Assembly (NCBI GenBank): GCA_963775745.1
Contig: CAVZKE010000029.1
Coordinates: forward strand, 51,959 to 115,958
Source: an uncultured Actinomycetota bacterium
GTDB lineage: Bacteria > Actinomycetota > Actinomycetes > Streptosporangiales > Streptosporangiaceae
Direction of reading: 5' to 3'
DNA length: 64,000 nt
Shown here piece after piece: positions 32,375-41,554 of the stretch. A program made the translations under genes and the position numbers. The notes beneath the pieces were generated by a model that searched no databases, was not told where the DNA came from, and was given only the letters and a program-made list of their open reading frames with translations. The stretch's first letter is position 1; each line of letters opens with the position of its first letter.

Positions 32375-32989
32375 CCGGTGACTGGACCGCGGCTGTCCTG
32401 ACCGGCCGCCGACCGGGCGGGTCGAGCGGGTCACCAAGGAGACTCAGGTCGCGGTCGAGATGGACCTGGATGGCACCGGCAGCGCGGACGTGTCCACCGG
32501 CGTGCCGTTCTTCGATCACATGCTGAACCAGCTGGGCAAGCACGGCTGCATCGACCTGCGGGCGGCCGCGGCGACACCGAGATCGACGCCCACCACACGG
32601 TCGAGGACACCGCGATCGCGCTTGGCGAGGCGCTGCGCCAGGCGCTCGGCAGACAAGGCCGGCATCTGCAGGTTCGGCGACGCGCTCGTTCCGCTGGACG
32701 AGACGCTCGTCCGGGCCGCGGTCGACCTGGCCGGGCGGCCGTACGTCGTGCACAGCGAGCCGGACGGCATGCCGCCGCTGATCGGCAGCTATGACACCAG
32801 CCTGACCAGGCATTTCTTCGAGACCCTGGCGCGGCGGCCGCGATCTGCATGCACCTGACCGTGCTGGCCGGGCGCAACCCGCACCACATCGTGGAAGCCC
32901 AGTTCAAGGCGGCCGCGCGGGCGCTGCGGGCGGCTGCCGCGCCGGACCCGCGCTCGCGCGGGATTCCCAGCACCAAGGGCATGTTGTGA
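32371..32989 (+). pseudogene. hisB: imidazoleglycerol-phosphate dehydratase, about 3 frame changes
   Basis: [21 protein letters not shown]...[12 protein letters not shown] | [19 protein letters not shown]...[11 protein letters not shown] | [14 protein letters not shown]...IPSTKGML*. Confidence 0.85.
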
Positions 32990-33633
32990 GCGCAGGCCGG
33001 CCCCGCGTCGTCGTTCTGGACTACGGTTCGGGAAACCTGCGCTCGGCTCAGCGGGCCCTGCAGCGGGCCGGCGCCGACGCCGAGGTGACCGCGGATTCGA
33101 CGCGGCGCTGGACGCCGACGGCCTGGTCGTGCCGGGCGTGGGCGCGTTCGCCGCCTGCATGGCCGGGCTGCGGGCGATCCGCGGCGACGAGATGATCGGC
33201 CGGCGGCTGGCCGGGTCCCGTCCGGTGCTCGGCATCTGCGTGGGCATGCAGGTGCTGTTCGCCGAGGGCGTGGAGCACGGTGAGCGGACCGCAGGCTGCG
33301 GCGCGTGGCCGGGCGTGGTCGACCGGCTGGAGGCGCCCGTGCTGCCGCACATGGGCTGGAACACGGTCAGCGCCCGCCCGCCGGGACAGGCTGTTCGCCG
33401 GGATCGAGCCGGCCGAGCGGTTCTACTTCGTGCATTCCTACGCCGGCGAGGTCGCTGCCGCTGCCAGGCCGGCGGGCCGGATGAGGGCCCCGCTGCTGAC
33501 CTGGGCCATGCACGGCGAGCCGTTCGTCGCCGCGGTGGAGAACGGTCCGCTGTGCGCGACCCAGTTCCACCCGGAGAAGTCCGGCGACGCCGGCGCAGCG
33601 CTGCTGTCGAACTGGCTGGAGCTGGTGCGATGA
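32986..33633 (+). pseudogene. hisH: imidazole glycerol phosphate synthase, glutaminase subunit, at least 2 frame changes
   Basis: [19 protein letters not shown] | [13 protein letters not shown]...[10 protein letters not shown]...PHMGWN | FYFVHSY...TQFHPEKSG. Confidence 0.87.
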
Positions 33634-34385
33634 CCGGCATCGGCGAACCCGGCGGCCGCGCCGAGGCGGCGCTCACCCTGCTTCCTGCGGTGGACGTGTC
33701 CGGGGGCCAGGCGGTCCGGCTGGTCCAGGGCGCGGCCGGCACGGAGACCGGCTACGGCGATCCGCTGGACGCCGCGCTGGCCTGGCAGCGGGCCGGCGCG
33801 GATGGATCCACCTGGTGGATCATCGACGCGGCGTTCGGCCGCGGCTCGAACGCCGCGCTGCTCGCCGAGGTGGTCCGGCGGCTGGACGTCGCCGTGGAGC
33901 TATCGGGCGGCATCCGCGACGACGCGTCGCTGGCCGCGGCGCTGGCGACCGGGTGCGCGCGGGTGGTCATCGGCACTGCCGCCCTGGAGAACCCGGACTG
34001 GGTGCGCGGCGTCATCGCCCAGCACGGCGAGCGCATCGCGGTCGGCCTGGATGTCCGCGGCACCAGGCTGGCCGCCCGTGGCTGGACCTCGGAGGGCGGC
34101 GAGCTGCTCGACGTGCTCGCCCGGCTGGAGGCCGACGGCTGCCGGCGGTACGTGGTCACCGACGTCGCCAAGGACGGCACCCTGGCCGGGCCCAACCTGG
34201 ACCTGCTCCGCCAGGTCTGCGCGCTGACCCGTCGCCCGGTGATCGCCAGCGGCGGCGTATCCAGCCTGGCTGACCTGCGCGCCATCGCGGAGCTGCTGCC
34301 CGCCGGCGTCGAGGGCGCGATCATCGGCAAGGCGCTCTACGCCCGGGCCTTCACGCTCGAGGACGCACTGGCCGCGGTCGGGGAC
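33630..34385 (+). pseudogene. hisA: PriA/HisA-type ProFAR isomerase. The reading frame is open but carries a short out-of-frame patch, and there is no stop before hisF
   Basis: [18 protein letters not shown]...SGGIRDD...GTAALENP...[14 protein letters not shown]...[11 protein letters not shown]...GAIIGKALY. The expected ...WIHLVDLDAAFG is replaced by [13 protein letters not shown] (see finding). Confidence 0.8.
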
Positions 34386-35162
34386 ATGACCGGGCCGGTC
34401 CCCGCCGTGCTGGCCGTCCGGGTGATCGCCTGCCTGGATGTCGACGACGGCCGGGTCGTCAAGGGCGTCAACTTCGCCAGCCTGCGGGACGCGGGAGATC
34501 CGGTCGAGCTGGCCGCCGCCTACGACCGCGACGGCGCGGACGAGCTGGTGTTTCTCGACATCACCGCGTCCAGCGAGCGCCGGGAGACCATGCTCGAGGT
34601 CGTCGGCGCGGACGGCGGAGCAGGTCTTCATCCCGCTGACCGTCGGCGGCGGAGTGCGCAGCGCGGCGGACGTGGACCGGCTGCTGCGGGCCGGCGCGGA
34701 CAAGGTGGCGCTGAACACCGCGGCGATCGCCCGGCCTGAGCTGCTGACCGAGGTAGCGGCCAGGTTCGGCTCGCAATGCGTCGTGGTGTCGGTCGACGCC
34801 CGGCGGGCGCGGCCGGCGGCGGCTTCGAGGTGACCACGCACGGCGGCCGCGCAGGGCACCGGCCTGGACGCGGTGACCTGGGCGCAGCGCGCGACCGAGC
34901 TCGGCGCCGGGGAGATCCTGCTGAACTCGATGGACGCGGATGGCACCGGAAACGGATTCGACCTGCCGCTGATCAGGGCCGTGCGGGCCGTCGTGCACGT
35001 GCCGGTGATCGCCAGCGGCGGGGCCGGCCGGCTCGAGGATTTCGCTCCCGCCGTCGAGGCCGGGGCCGATGCGGTGCTTGCGGCCAGCTTGTTTCACTTC
35101 GGTCGGCTCGGATCCCGAGGTGAAGGACGTCGCTGCGGGCGGCAGGCCATCCGGTCCGGTAG
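34386..35162 (+). pseudogene. hisF: imidazole glycerol phosphate synthase, cyclase subunit, at least 5 frame changes
   Basis: [19 protein letters not shown]...LVFLDITAS | [12 protein letters not shown]...[10 protein letters not shown] | [11 protein letters not shown] | [16 protein letters not shown]...PVIASGGAG | EVKDV..GHPVR*. Confidence 0.87.
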
Positions 35163-35199
35163 GGACCGGCATGGCCGCGATCCAGAGGCGGAGGTAGCG

Positions 35200-35597
35200 A
35201 TGAGCACGGACATGAGCAGGCCAGCCCTGGATCCCGGCGATCGCCGCCCGGCTCAAGCGGGACGAGCGCGGGATTGTTCGCGGCGATCGCCCAGCAGTAC
35301 GACACCGGCGAGGTGCTGATGCTGGGCTGGATGGACGACGAGGCGCTGCACCTGACGCTGACCACCGGCCGGTGCACCTACTGGTCACGCAGCCGCAGTG
35401 AGTACTGGGTCAAGGGCGAGACCTCCGGCCACGCCCAGCGGGTGAAGTCCGTCGCGCTGGACTGTGACGGCGACGCGGTGCTGGTGAAGGTCGACCAGGT
35501 GGGCGGCGCCTGCCATACCGGGGACCGCACCTGCTTCGACTCCGGCCGCCTCGGCGCGGTCAGCGTCGATCAGGCTGACCCGGGCACGGCAAGCTGA
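35200..35597 (+). pseudogene. hisI: phosphoribosyl-AMP cyclohydrolase, 2 frame changes near the N-terminus
   Basis: [12 protein letters not shown] | [11 protein letters not shown] | [23 protein letters not shown]...[19 protein letters not shown]...[26 protein letters not shown]. Confidence 0.85.
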
Positions 35598-36615
35598 CCC
35601 GGTCCGGCCGCTGACCCGGTCCCGCCGCTGGCGCGGTCGTGGCCGCCGGGGCCGGCTGCGGGCGCGCCCGGACGAAGGCCAGGCCGCCGCCACCAAGGCG
35701 AGCGGCAAGGCCGTCAGGTCGTACCGGTAGAAGGACTGCGTGAGCAGCGCGGGCAGCACGATGCTCAGCAGGGCGAGGACCCAGGGCAGGGCCGCCGGGC
35801 CGCCCCATTGCCGCCATTTCCTGGCCATTCCGACCAGCCCGGCCACCAGGACCGCGAAAAAGGCAACGCCAGGGAAGTAGACAGGAAGCTGATAGATGTA
35901 CAGGAAGTAAGCGTACGGCTGGACGGGATGAGTATTGGATACGCTCCCGGTATACATTTGCGATGTCCCTGCCAAACACCGCGGGCAGCACCGGAACTCG
36001 CGGCGTGCGGGTGAATGCCATCGCATCGGTGTTCTGCGGGCGGTCATTCGTCAGCAGCAACTGTATGGCGTCCTTGGCGCTGGCCCGCAGGTAGGCGAGT
36101 GGCTGGGCCCTGATCGCGGCCAGCGCGAACTGCATGCCGAGCTTGTCGTTATAGGCATTGAACCCGGGCTGGGCATCGTGGCGCCACCAGGCGTCAGGTG
36201 CCCACAGGTAATTGGCCGGTGTCGGCCCTTTGACCAGGGCGGGCGTCGATGTCGGGTGCACCTTGACGGGCGGCAGCACCGCTTTGTCCGGGCAGAGCGG
36301 CACCAGGTTCGCGGGCGGCTTGATGATCGCGCAGTTCGCGAAGGTCGTGGTCCGGGACCAGAGGAACAGGCCATCGCTGCTGGTGATGTTGTACTGACCA
36401 CAGGCCGCGTGGAAGGACAGGACGTACCAGAGCACCGGGATGGCAAAGGCCGTGATCCCGGCCGCGATCGCCCGCCAGCCGACCCGCCTGATCAGCAGGT
36501 AGGCGGCGGTGACCAGCGCGATGGGAAAGCCGTTCCCGCGCAAGACGGTCACGTAGGCCAGCAGCCGCTGGCGCTCATTCCGGTCATTGAGCCTGACATC
36601 AGGCACTGCTTCCAA
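35560..36615 (-). pseudogene. N-terminally truncated, frameshifted paralogue of the membrane glycosyltransferase-like gene at 37103..39046
   Basis: ORFs 35560..36615 and 35385..36047 together align colinearly with residues from about 230 onward of the 37103..39058 protein. Example: YLLIRRVGWR...GQYNITSSDGLFLWS..TTFANCAIIKPPA...YLWAPDAWWRHDAQPG | SNTHPVQPYAYFLYIYQLPVYFPGVAFF...RQWGGPAALPW. Confidence 0.7.
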
Positions 36616-36762
36616 CTCTCCTTGGCACTACCCGCCCCTGATCATGTAGGGCGGTCATAGCAACGTTACTGAAAGTAATGCCTGGATCACGCACAGTCTA
36701 TCGAGCATGTGGCAATGGCGTGCGTGATCGCCGCCGCCCGCCCGGCCCGCCGCCGCCTGGCC

Positions 36763-36934
36763 GCGGCGCTGCCTGGCCCGCCACCGTCTGGCCCGCTGCC
36801 GCCCGGGAGCCGGCCTGCGCTTCGCCGATAAGCGGCAATGGCGCGGCGGTGCCTGGCCCGCCACCCCCAGGCCCGCTGCCGCCCGGGAGCCGGCCGACGC
36901 TTCGCCGAATAGCGGCAATGGCGCGGCGCTGCTG
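36763..36934. repeat. 80-bp tandem repeat, about 2.1 copies, intergenic between the dead and live paralogues
   Basis: Units start at 36763, 36843 and 36923 (gcggcg[c/g]tgcctggcccgccacc...cttcgccga[t/a]a[a/t]gcggcaatggc). The two full units differ at only a few positions. Confidence 0.9.
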
Positions 36935-37102
36935 TTGTTTGCGCGCCGATGTGCCGTTACTGCGGTTCGGGCTGGGGCCTGGCTGCTCCGTCCGACCCCC
37001 AAACATGTACCAGGGGCCGCTGGCATCTCTATAGTCACATTGACCACAGTGCTGCCGGGTGCGCGGGGAGTGGCTACCGAGTGGATTCGGGAATCGGTCA
37101 GG

Positions 37103-39046
37103 TTATTCAGAGTCGATTCCCGAATCGACTCGGCCGCAGCCAGGCTCCAGGTGGCCGTTGCTGGGCTCGTCAGCCCCGTCGGATGCCTTCCGCGCGGCCG
37201 TCGCGGCCGCGTCCGGTGACGCCCCGTCGGCCGCCGGGGCGAGGGTCGCAGTGTCGGGCCGCCGGGGAGCGGGAGCCGCGGTGTCCGGGAACGCGGTAGC
37301 TGGCTCGGCGTCCGGCTGCCGGGGGGCCGGCGCGGCGGAGGCAGGAAGAACGCTGTCGGGGCGGGCGGCGGCGGGGTCGGTGTCTGGGTGGGCGGTGGCC
37401 GCGGGGTCGGTGTCGGGGTGGGCGGTGGCCGCGGGGTCGGTGTCTGGGTGGGCGGTGGCCGCGGGGTCGGTGTCTGGGTGCGCGACCGCCGCCGTCGCTG
37501 CGGCCGTGGCGGGGACCGGCTGCTGGCGCTGGCGGACGAAGGCCAGGCCGGCGGCCAGGCAGGCGAGCGGAATGGCGACCATCGCGTACCGGTACAAGGA
37601 CTCTTTCAGCAGCGCGGGCAGGATCAGGCTGACGGCGGCGAGCGCCCACGGGAGTGCCGCCGGGCCGCCCCATTGACGCCGTTTTTTCACCAGCCCGACG
37701 AATCCAGCGACGACGACCCCGAAGAAGACGACGCCGGGGAAGTACACCGGCTCCTGGTACAGGAACAGGAAGTACGCGTACGGCTCGACGGGATGCGTAT
37801 TGCTGGTCGTGTGGGCGTACACGCTGAGGTCGTGGGCGTAGTAGGACGGCAGCGGCGTGGAGAGCCTGGGCTTGGTGGTAAAGCTCATGTGCTGGATGGA
37901 GAACGGCCGGTCGGTCCCCAGGAACACCAGCATCTCATCGCGGGCGCTGGTCAGGATGTAGTCGAGCGGTTGTGCCTTGATGGCGAGGATCGCGAACCGC
38001 ATGGCCAGCTTGCTGTTGTAGGCGTTGATCCCCGGGTGCGCATCGTGCCGCCACCAGGCGTCACCTGCCCATAGGTATTTGGCTGGCGCTGGCGCGTCGA
38101 GCAAGGCGGACACCGACCAGGCGGGTGCCTTCGGTTTCGGGGTCGGGCAGAGCGGCCGCAGGTCCGCGGGCGGCTTGATGATGGCGCAGTTGGCGAAGCT
38201 CGTCGTCCCCGACCAGAGGAACATCCCGTCGCTGCTGGTGATGTTGTACTGACCGTATTCCGAGTGGAACACCATGACGTAGCCGAGCACCGGGATCACG
38301 AACGCCGCTGCCCCGGCCGCCAGGCGGCGCCAGCCGACCCGCCTGATCAGCAGGTAGATCGCGGTCACCACGGCCAGCGGGATCCCGTTGGCGCGCAGCA
38401 CCGTCACGAAGGCCAGGAGCAAGCCGGCCAGCGTGCACTGCCATAGCCGCGGGGTGCGCTTGGTGAGCAGTAGCGCGACGGCCAGCATGAGGCACAGCGT
38501 GAACAGCGTGTCCGGCAGGATGTAGGACTCCAGCGCGATCTGGCGGGTGTCGAACAGCGTCGGCAGCGCGGCCAGGCAGGCCCCCCAGGCGGGCAGGCCC
38601 CAGTAGCGCAGCAAGCCGTACACGATGGCCGCGGTGGCGATGCCCATCAGGTGCTGCAGGGTGGTGACGGCCAGCAGGGGATGCGGGATGTAGTGCAGTG
38701 GGGTCAGGAAGAACGAGTAGCCGGATGGCCTGATCTGCCCCAGTATCCGCTTCGACGATTCCTGCATGTAGAGCAGGGAATCGGAGGTCATCAGCGCGGG
38801 CCGGAACGCGAGCGCCGCGAGCACCCGCGGCAGCACCGACACCAGCGCCAGGATGGTGAACAGACGGTGATCGCGCCACAGGGCGCGCGGTCCGGCGATC
38901 TCGACAGCCCGGCGGCCCGCGGCCCGGACAGCGGCATCCCAGGCTGGCTGGCTGGGGCGGCCGGGCGAGCCTGAGCTGCTCGCGCTGGCCCGCGCCGGGC
39001 GCTGGCGCTCGCCGTGCAGCAGCTCATCGAGCTTGAGATCAGGCAC
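37103..39046 (-). CDS. polytopic membrane protein, probable GT-C-fold glycosyltransferase, with a repetitive Pro/Ala/Asp/Thr C-terminal tail
   Basis: ORF 37103..39058; I prefer GTG 39046 (VPDLKLDELL), preceded by GAGGAGAG. It has about 10 hydrophobic spans and a conserved periplasmic-type domain shared with the 35.6-36.6 kb pseudogene. Confidence 0.78.
   Translation of the reverse strand: MPDLKLDELLHGERQRPARASASSSGSPGRPSQPAWDAAVRAAGRRAVEIAGPRALWRDHRLFTILALVSVLPRVLAALAFRPALMTSDSLLYMQESSKRILGQIRPSGYSFFLTPLHYIPHPLLAVTTLQHLMGIATAAIVYGLLRYWGLPAWGACLAALPTLFDTRQIALESYILPDTLFTLCLMLAVALLLTKRTPRLWQCTLAGLLLAFVTVLRANGIPLAVVTAIYLLIRRVGWRRLAAGAAAFVIPVLGYVMVFHSEYGQYNITSSDGMFLWSGTTSFANCAIIKPPADLRPLCPTPKPKAPAWSVSALLDAPAPAKYLWAGDAWWRHDAHPGINAYNSKLAMRFAILAIKAQPLDYILTSARDEMLVFLGTDRPFSIQHMSFTTKPRLSTPLPSYYAHDLSVYAHTTSNTHPVEPYAYFLFLYQEPVYFPGVVFFGVVVAGFVGLVKKRRQWGGPAALPWALAAVSLILPALLKESLYRYAMVAIPLACLAAGLAFVRQRQQPVPATAAATAAVAHPDTDPAATAHPDTDPAATAHPDTDPAATAHPDTDPAAARPDSVLPASAAPAPRQPDAEPATAFPDTAAPAPRRPDTATLAPAADGASPDAAATAARKASDGADEPSNGHLEPGCGRVDSGIDSE
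37371..37490. repeat. 30-bp in-frame tandem repeat x4 encoding (TAHPDTDPAA)n in the C-terminal tail
   Basis: Units at 37371, 37401, 37431 and 37461 (the last is degenerate). Confidence 0.95.
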
Positions 39047-39158
39047 TACTCTCCTCAACTTTCCCTGGCGCGGCTTCGCCGACTCCGGAAGGCTGACGCG
39101 GTAGTCCCCGGCTGGCGTTGCACACTAGTGCCCAGCGAGGCACAGGGTATCCCGACAT

Positions 39159-40004
39159 GTGAGGGTAGCGGGTGTGAAGCGTTACAGCAGTTCGCAGCGA
39201 CGGCCGCTGAGCGCGGCCTGGCTGCAGGAGGCTCTGGTCAGGCCGGGCGGCCTCTGGCGCGCGGTACAGGTCGTGGCCCAGACCGGGTCCACTCACGACG
39301 ATCTGCTCGCCGCGGTCAGGGACGGGGCGGCCGAGGGCACCGTCCTGGTGGCCGAGGCCCAGACCGCCGGCCGCGGCCGGATGGGCAGGCACTGGGTCAG
39401 CCCGCCCGGTGCCGGGCTGACCTTCTCCGTCCTGCTGCGCCCCGCCGCCGTGCCAGCGGCCCGGCGCGGCTGGGTACCGTTGCTGACCGGTGTCGCGATG
39501 GCCGCTGCCCTGCGCGCGGAGGCGGGCGTGGATGCCTGCCTGAAGTGGCCCAACGACGTGCTCGTGAACGACGCGAAGCTGGTCGGCGTGCTCGCGGAGC
39601 AGGCAGGCGATGCCGTCGTGGTGGGAGCTGGCCTCAATGTGTCGACCTCCAGGGCCGAGCTGCCCGCGGCTGAGACCACCCCGTCCGGGGGCCCGGCGAC
39701 CTCCCTGGTGCTGGAGGGCGCGACGCTGACGGACCGGGGCCAGCTGCTGGCTTTGATCCTGGCCCAGCTGGAGCGCTGGTACCTGGCCTGGGGCGCGGCA
39801 TCCGGCGACGCGGTGGTGTGCGGGCTGCTGCCCCAGTACCAGCAGCTGTGCGCGACGATCGGCCGCGAGGTCCGGGTGCAGCTGCCCGGCGGCACGGCGC
39901 TGACCGGGTCGGCCCGCGAGGTCGACCCGGCCGGACGGCTGCTAATCCAGACAGCTTCCGGGCTCCTGCCGGTCAGTGCCGGCGACATAGTCCATCTCCG
40001 GTGA
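39159..40004 (+). CDS. birA: biotin--[acetyl-CoA-carboxylase] ligase
   Basis: 281 aa. AEAQTAGRGRMGRHWVSPPGAGLTFSVLLRP...KWPNDVLVNDAKLVGVLAE. Its position is opposite the carboxyltransferase gene, as in other actinobacteria. Confidence 0.9.
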   Translation: MRVAGVKRYSSSQRRPLSAAWLQEALVRPGGLWRAVQVVAQTGSTHDDLLAAVRDGAAEGTVLVAEAQTAGRGRMGRHWVSPPGAGLTFSVLLRPAAVPAARRGWVPLLTGVAMAAALRAEAGVDACLKWPNDVLVNDAKLVGVLAEQAGDAVVVGAGLNVSTSRAELPAAETTPSGGPATSLVLEGATLTDRGQLLALILAQLERWYLAWGAASGDAVVCGLLPQYQQLCATIGREVRVQLPGGTALTGSAREVDPAGRLLIQTASGLLPVSAGDIVHLR

Positions 40005-40040
40005 GTTATCGCTACGCCTCTTACCGGTATACATGTCACG

Positions 40041-40553
40041 ATGTGGCGTATGGCCAGCGAAGCGTCCCTGTCGGAGGGCGAGCGCCTTGTCCTGCGGCTG
40101 CACCCGCACTGGAAGACCCTGGTCCGGCCGGTCTTCATCCTGGTGGTCCTGGTCGCCGCCACCGTCGCCGCGCTGATCCTGCTGCCGCCGGGCAGCGTGG
40201 TGATCCGGCTAGTGATCGCCGCGATCGCCATACTCGCGGTGATCATTTGGACCGTGGTGCCAGTGCTGCGGTGGCGTACGACCAGCTACGAGCTGACCAC
40301 CCGCAGGCTCCGGCTGCGCGAAGGGATCCTGGCCCGGTCAGGGCGCGATTTTCCGCTGATCAGGATCAGCGATGTGTCGTTCTCGCACGGCCTGACCGAC
40401 CGGCTGCTCGGCTGCGGCAAGCTGATCGTGGAGTCGGCGGGTGAGCACGGTCAGCTGGTCCTGACCGAGATTCCCCAGGTCGAGCGCGTCCAGGCGACCC
40501 TCTTCCAGCTAGTCGAGGACGAGCAGGCCCGGCTGGCCCGCGAGGAGCGCTGA
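40041..40553 (+). CDS. PH-domain (bPH_2/YdbS-like) membrane protein
   Basis: 170 aa. Two TM helices, then WRTTSYELTTRRLRLREGILARSGRDFPLIRISDV...GKLIVESAG. Confidence 0.8.
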   Translation: MWRMASEASLSEGERLVLRLHPHWKTLVRPVFILVVLVAATVAALILLPPGSVVIRLVIAAIAILAVIIWTVVPVLRWRTTSYELTTRRLRLREGILARSGRDFPLIRISDVSFSHGLTDRLLGCGKLIVESAGEHGQLVLTEIPQVERVQATLFQLVEDEQARLAREER

Positions 40554-40578
40554 GCGGGCTCGGCCGGTCCGGTTAGCC

Positions 40579-41454
40579 TTGCGATTCATGGGCGAGACTC
40601 CTGGCGTGCGACTGCGCAGGCTCCCGGCCGCTGAGACCGGGCCCGCCGAGACCGGACCCGCCGAGACGGGGCAGGCCGAGATCGGGCGAGCCGAGACCGG
40701 CGGGGCGGTGATCGCGGAGATCATGCTGGACCGGCCCGGGGCCATGAACGCGCTGAGCACCGTGCTGGCCACCCGGCTGACCGAGGTCTGCACCGAGGTG
40801 GCCGCCGACCGCCGGGTTCGCAGCGTCGTGCTCTGCGCGGCAGGCACCCGGGCCTTCTGCGTCGGTGCCGACCTGAAGGAGCGGGCGGTCATGACCGATG
40901 CCGAACTGATGGCGCAGCGGCAGGTGTTCCGTGCGGCGTTCGGCTCGCTGCTCGCGATCGGCCAGCCGGTGATCGCAGCCGTGCAGGGGTTCGCCCTGGG
41001 GGGCGGCTGTGAACTCGCGTTGTCCTGCGACATGATCGTGGCCGACCAGACCGCGCAGTTCGGCCTGCCGGAAACCACCGTGGGGCTCGTGCCCGGTGGC
41101 GGCGGCACCCAGCTTGCGCTGCGGCGCCTGGGCCCGGGCCGGGCCGCCGACCTGATCTTCACCGGGCGCCGGGTCGGCGCGGCCGAGGCCGAGCGGCTCG
41201 GGCTGGCGGACCGGCTGGTGCCCGAGGGCACCGCGACCAGCCACGCGCTGGCCCTGGCCCGGAGCATCGCGGCCAACTCACCGATAGCCGTTAAGCATGC
41301 CAAGCGGGCCATCCGCCTCGGCGCCGGCCTAGAGCTGGCGGCCGGGCTGGAAATCGAGGATGCCGCGTGGCGGGCCGCCGCTTTCTCGGCCGACCGCAAA
41401 GAGGGCATCGCCGCCTTCGTGGCGAAGCGGCCGCCTCGGTGGCCGGGTGGATGA
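40579..41454 (+). CDS. enoyl-CoA hydratase/isomerase (crotonase) family, plausibly methylglutaconyl-CoA hydratase
   Basis: LDRPGAMNALS...AGTRAFCVGADLKER...AAVQGFALGGGCELALSCD. Its neighbours are HMG-CoA lyase and a carboxyltransferase. Confidence 0.88.
   Translation: MRFMGETPGVRLRRLPAAETGPAETGPAETGQAEIGRAETGGAVIAEIMLDRPGAMNALSTVLATRLTEVCTEVAADRRVRSVVLCAAGTRAFCVGADLKERAVMTDAELMAQRQVFRAAFGSLLAIGQPVIAAVQGFALGGGCELALSCDMIVADQTAQFGLPETTVGLVPGGGGTQLALRRLGPGRAADLIFTGRRVGAAEAERLGLADRLVPEGTATSHALALARSIAANSPIAVKHAKRAIRLGAGLELAAGLEIEDAAWRAAAFSADRKEGIAAFVAKRPPRWPGG
40630..40704. repeat. 15-bp in-frame tandem repeat x5 encoding (AETGP)-like units at the hydratase N-terminus
   Basis: gctgagaccgggccc / gccgagaccggaccc / gccgagacggggcag / gccgagatcgggcga / gccgagaccggcggg. 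Confidence 0.9.
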
Positions 41455-41554
41455 GATGCCGGGCGGATCAGATGCCGGGCCGGTGAAGGGCCGGGCCGGA
41501 GCGTGGCGGGGCGGGGCGACTGATGGTGCCAACAGGCGAAACGGAGGGTAGCCG

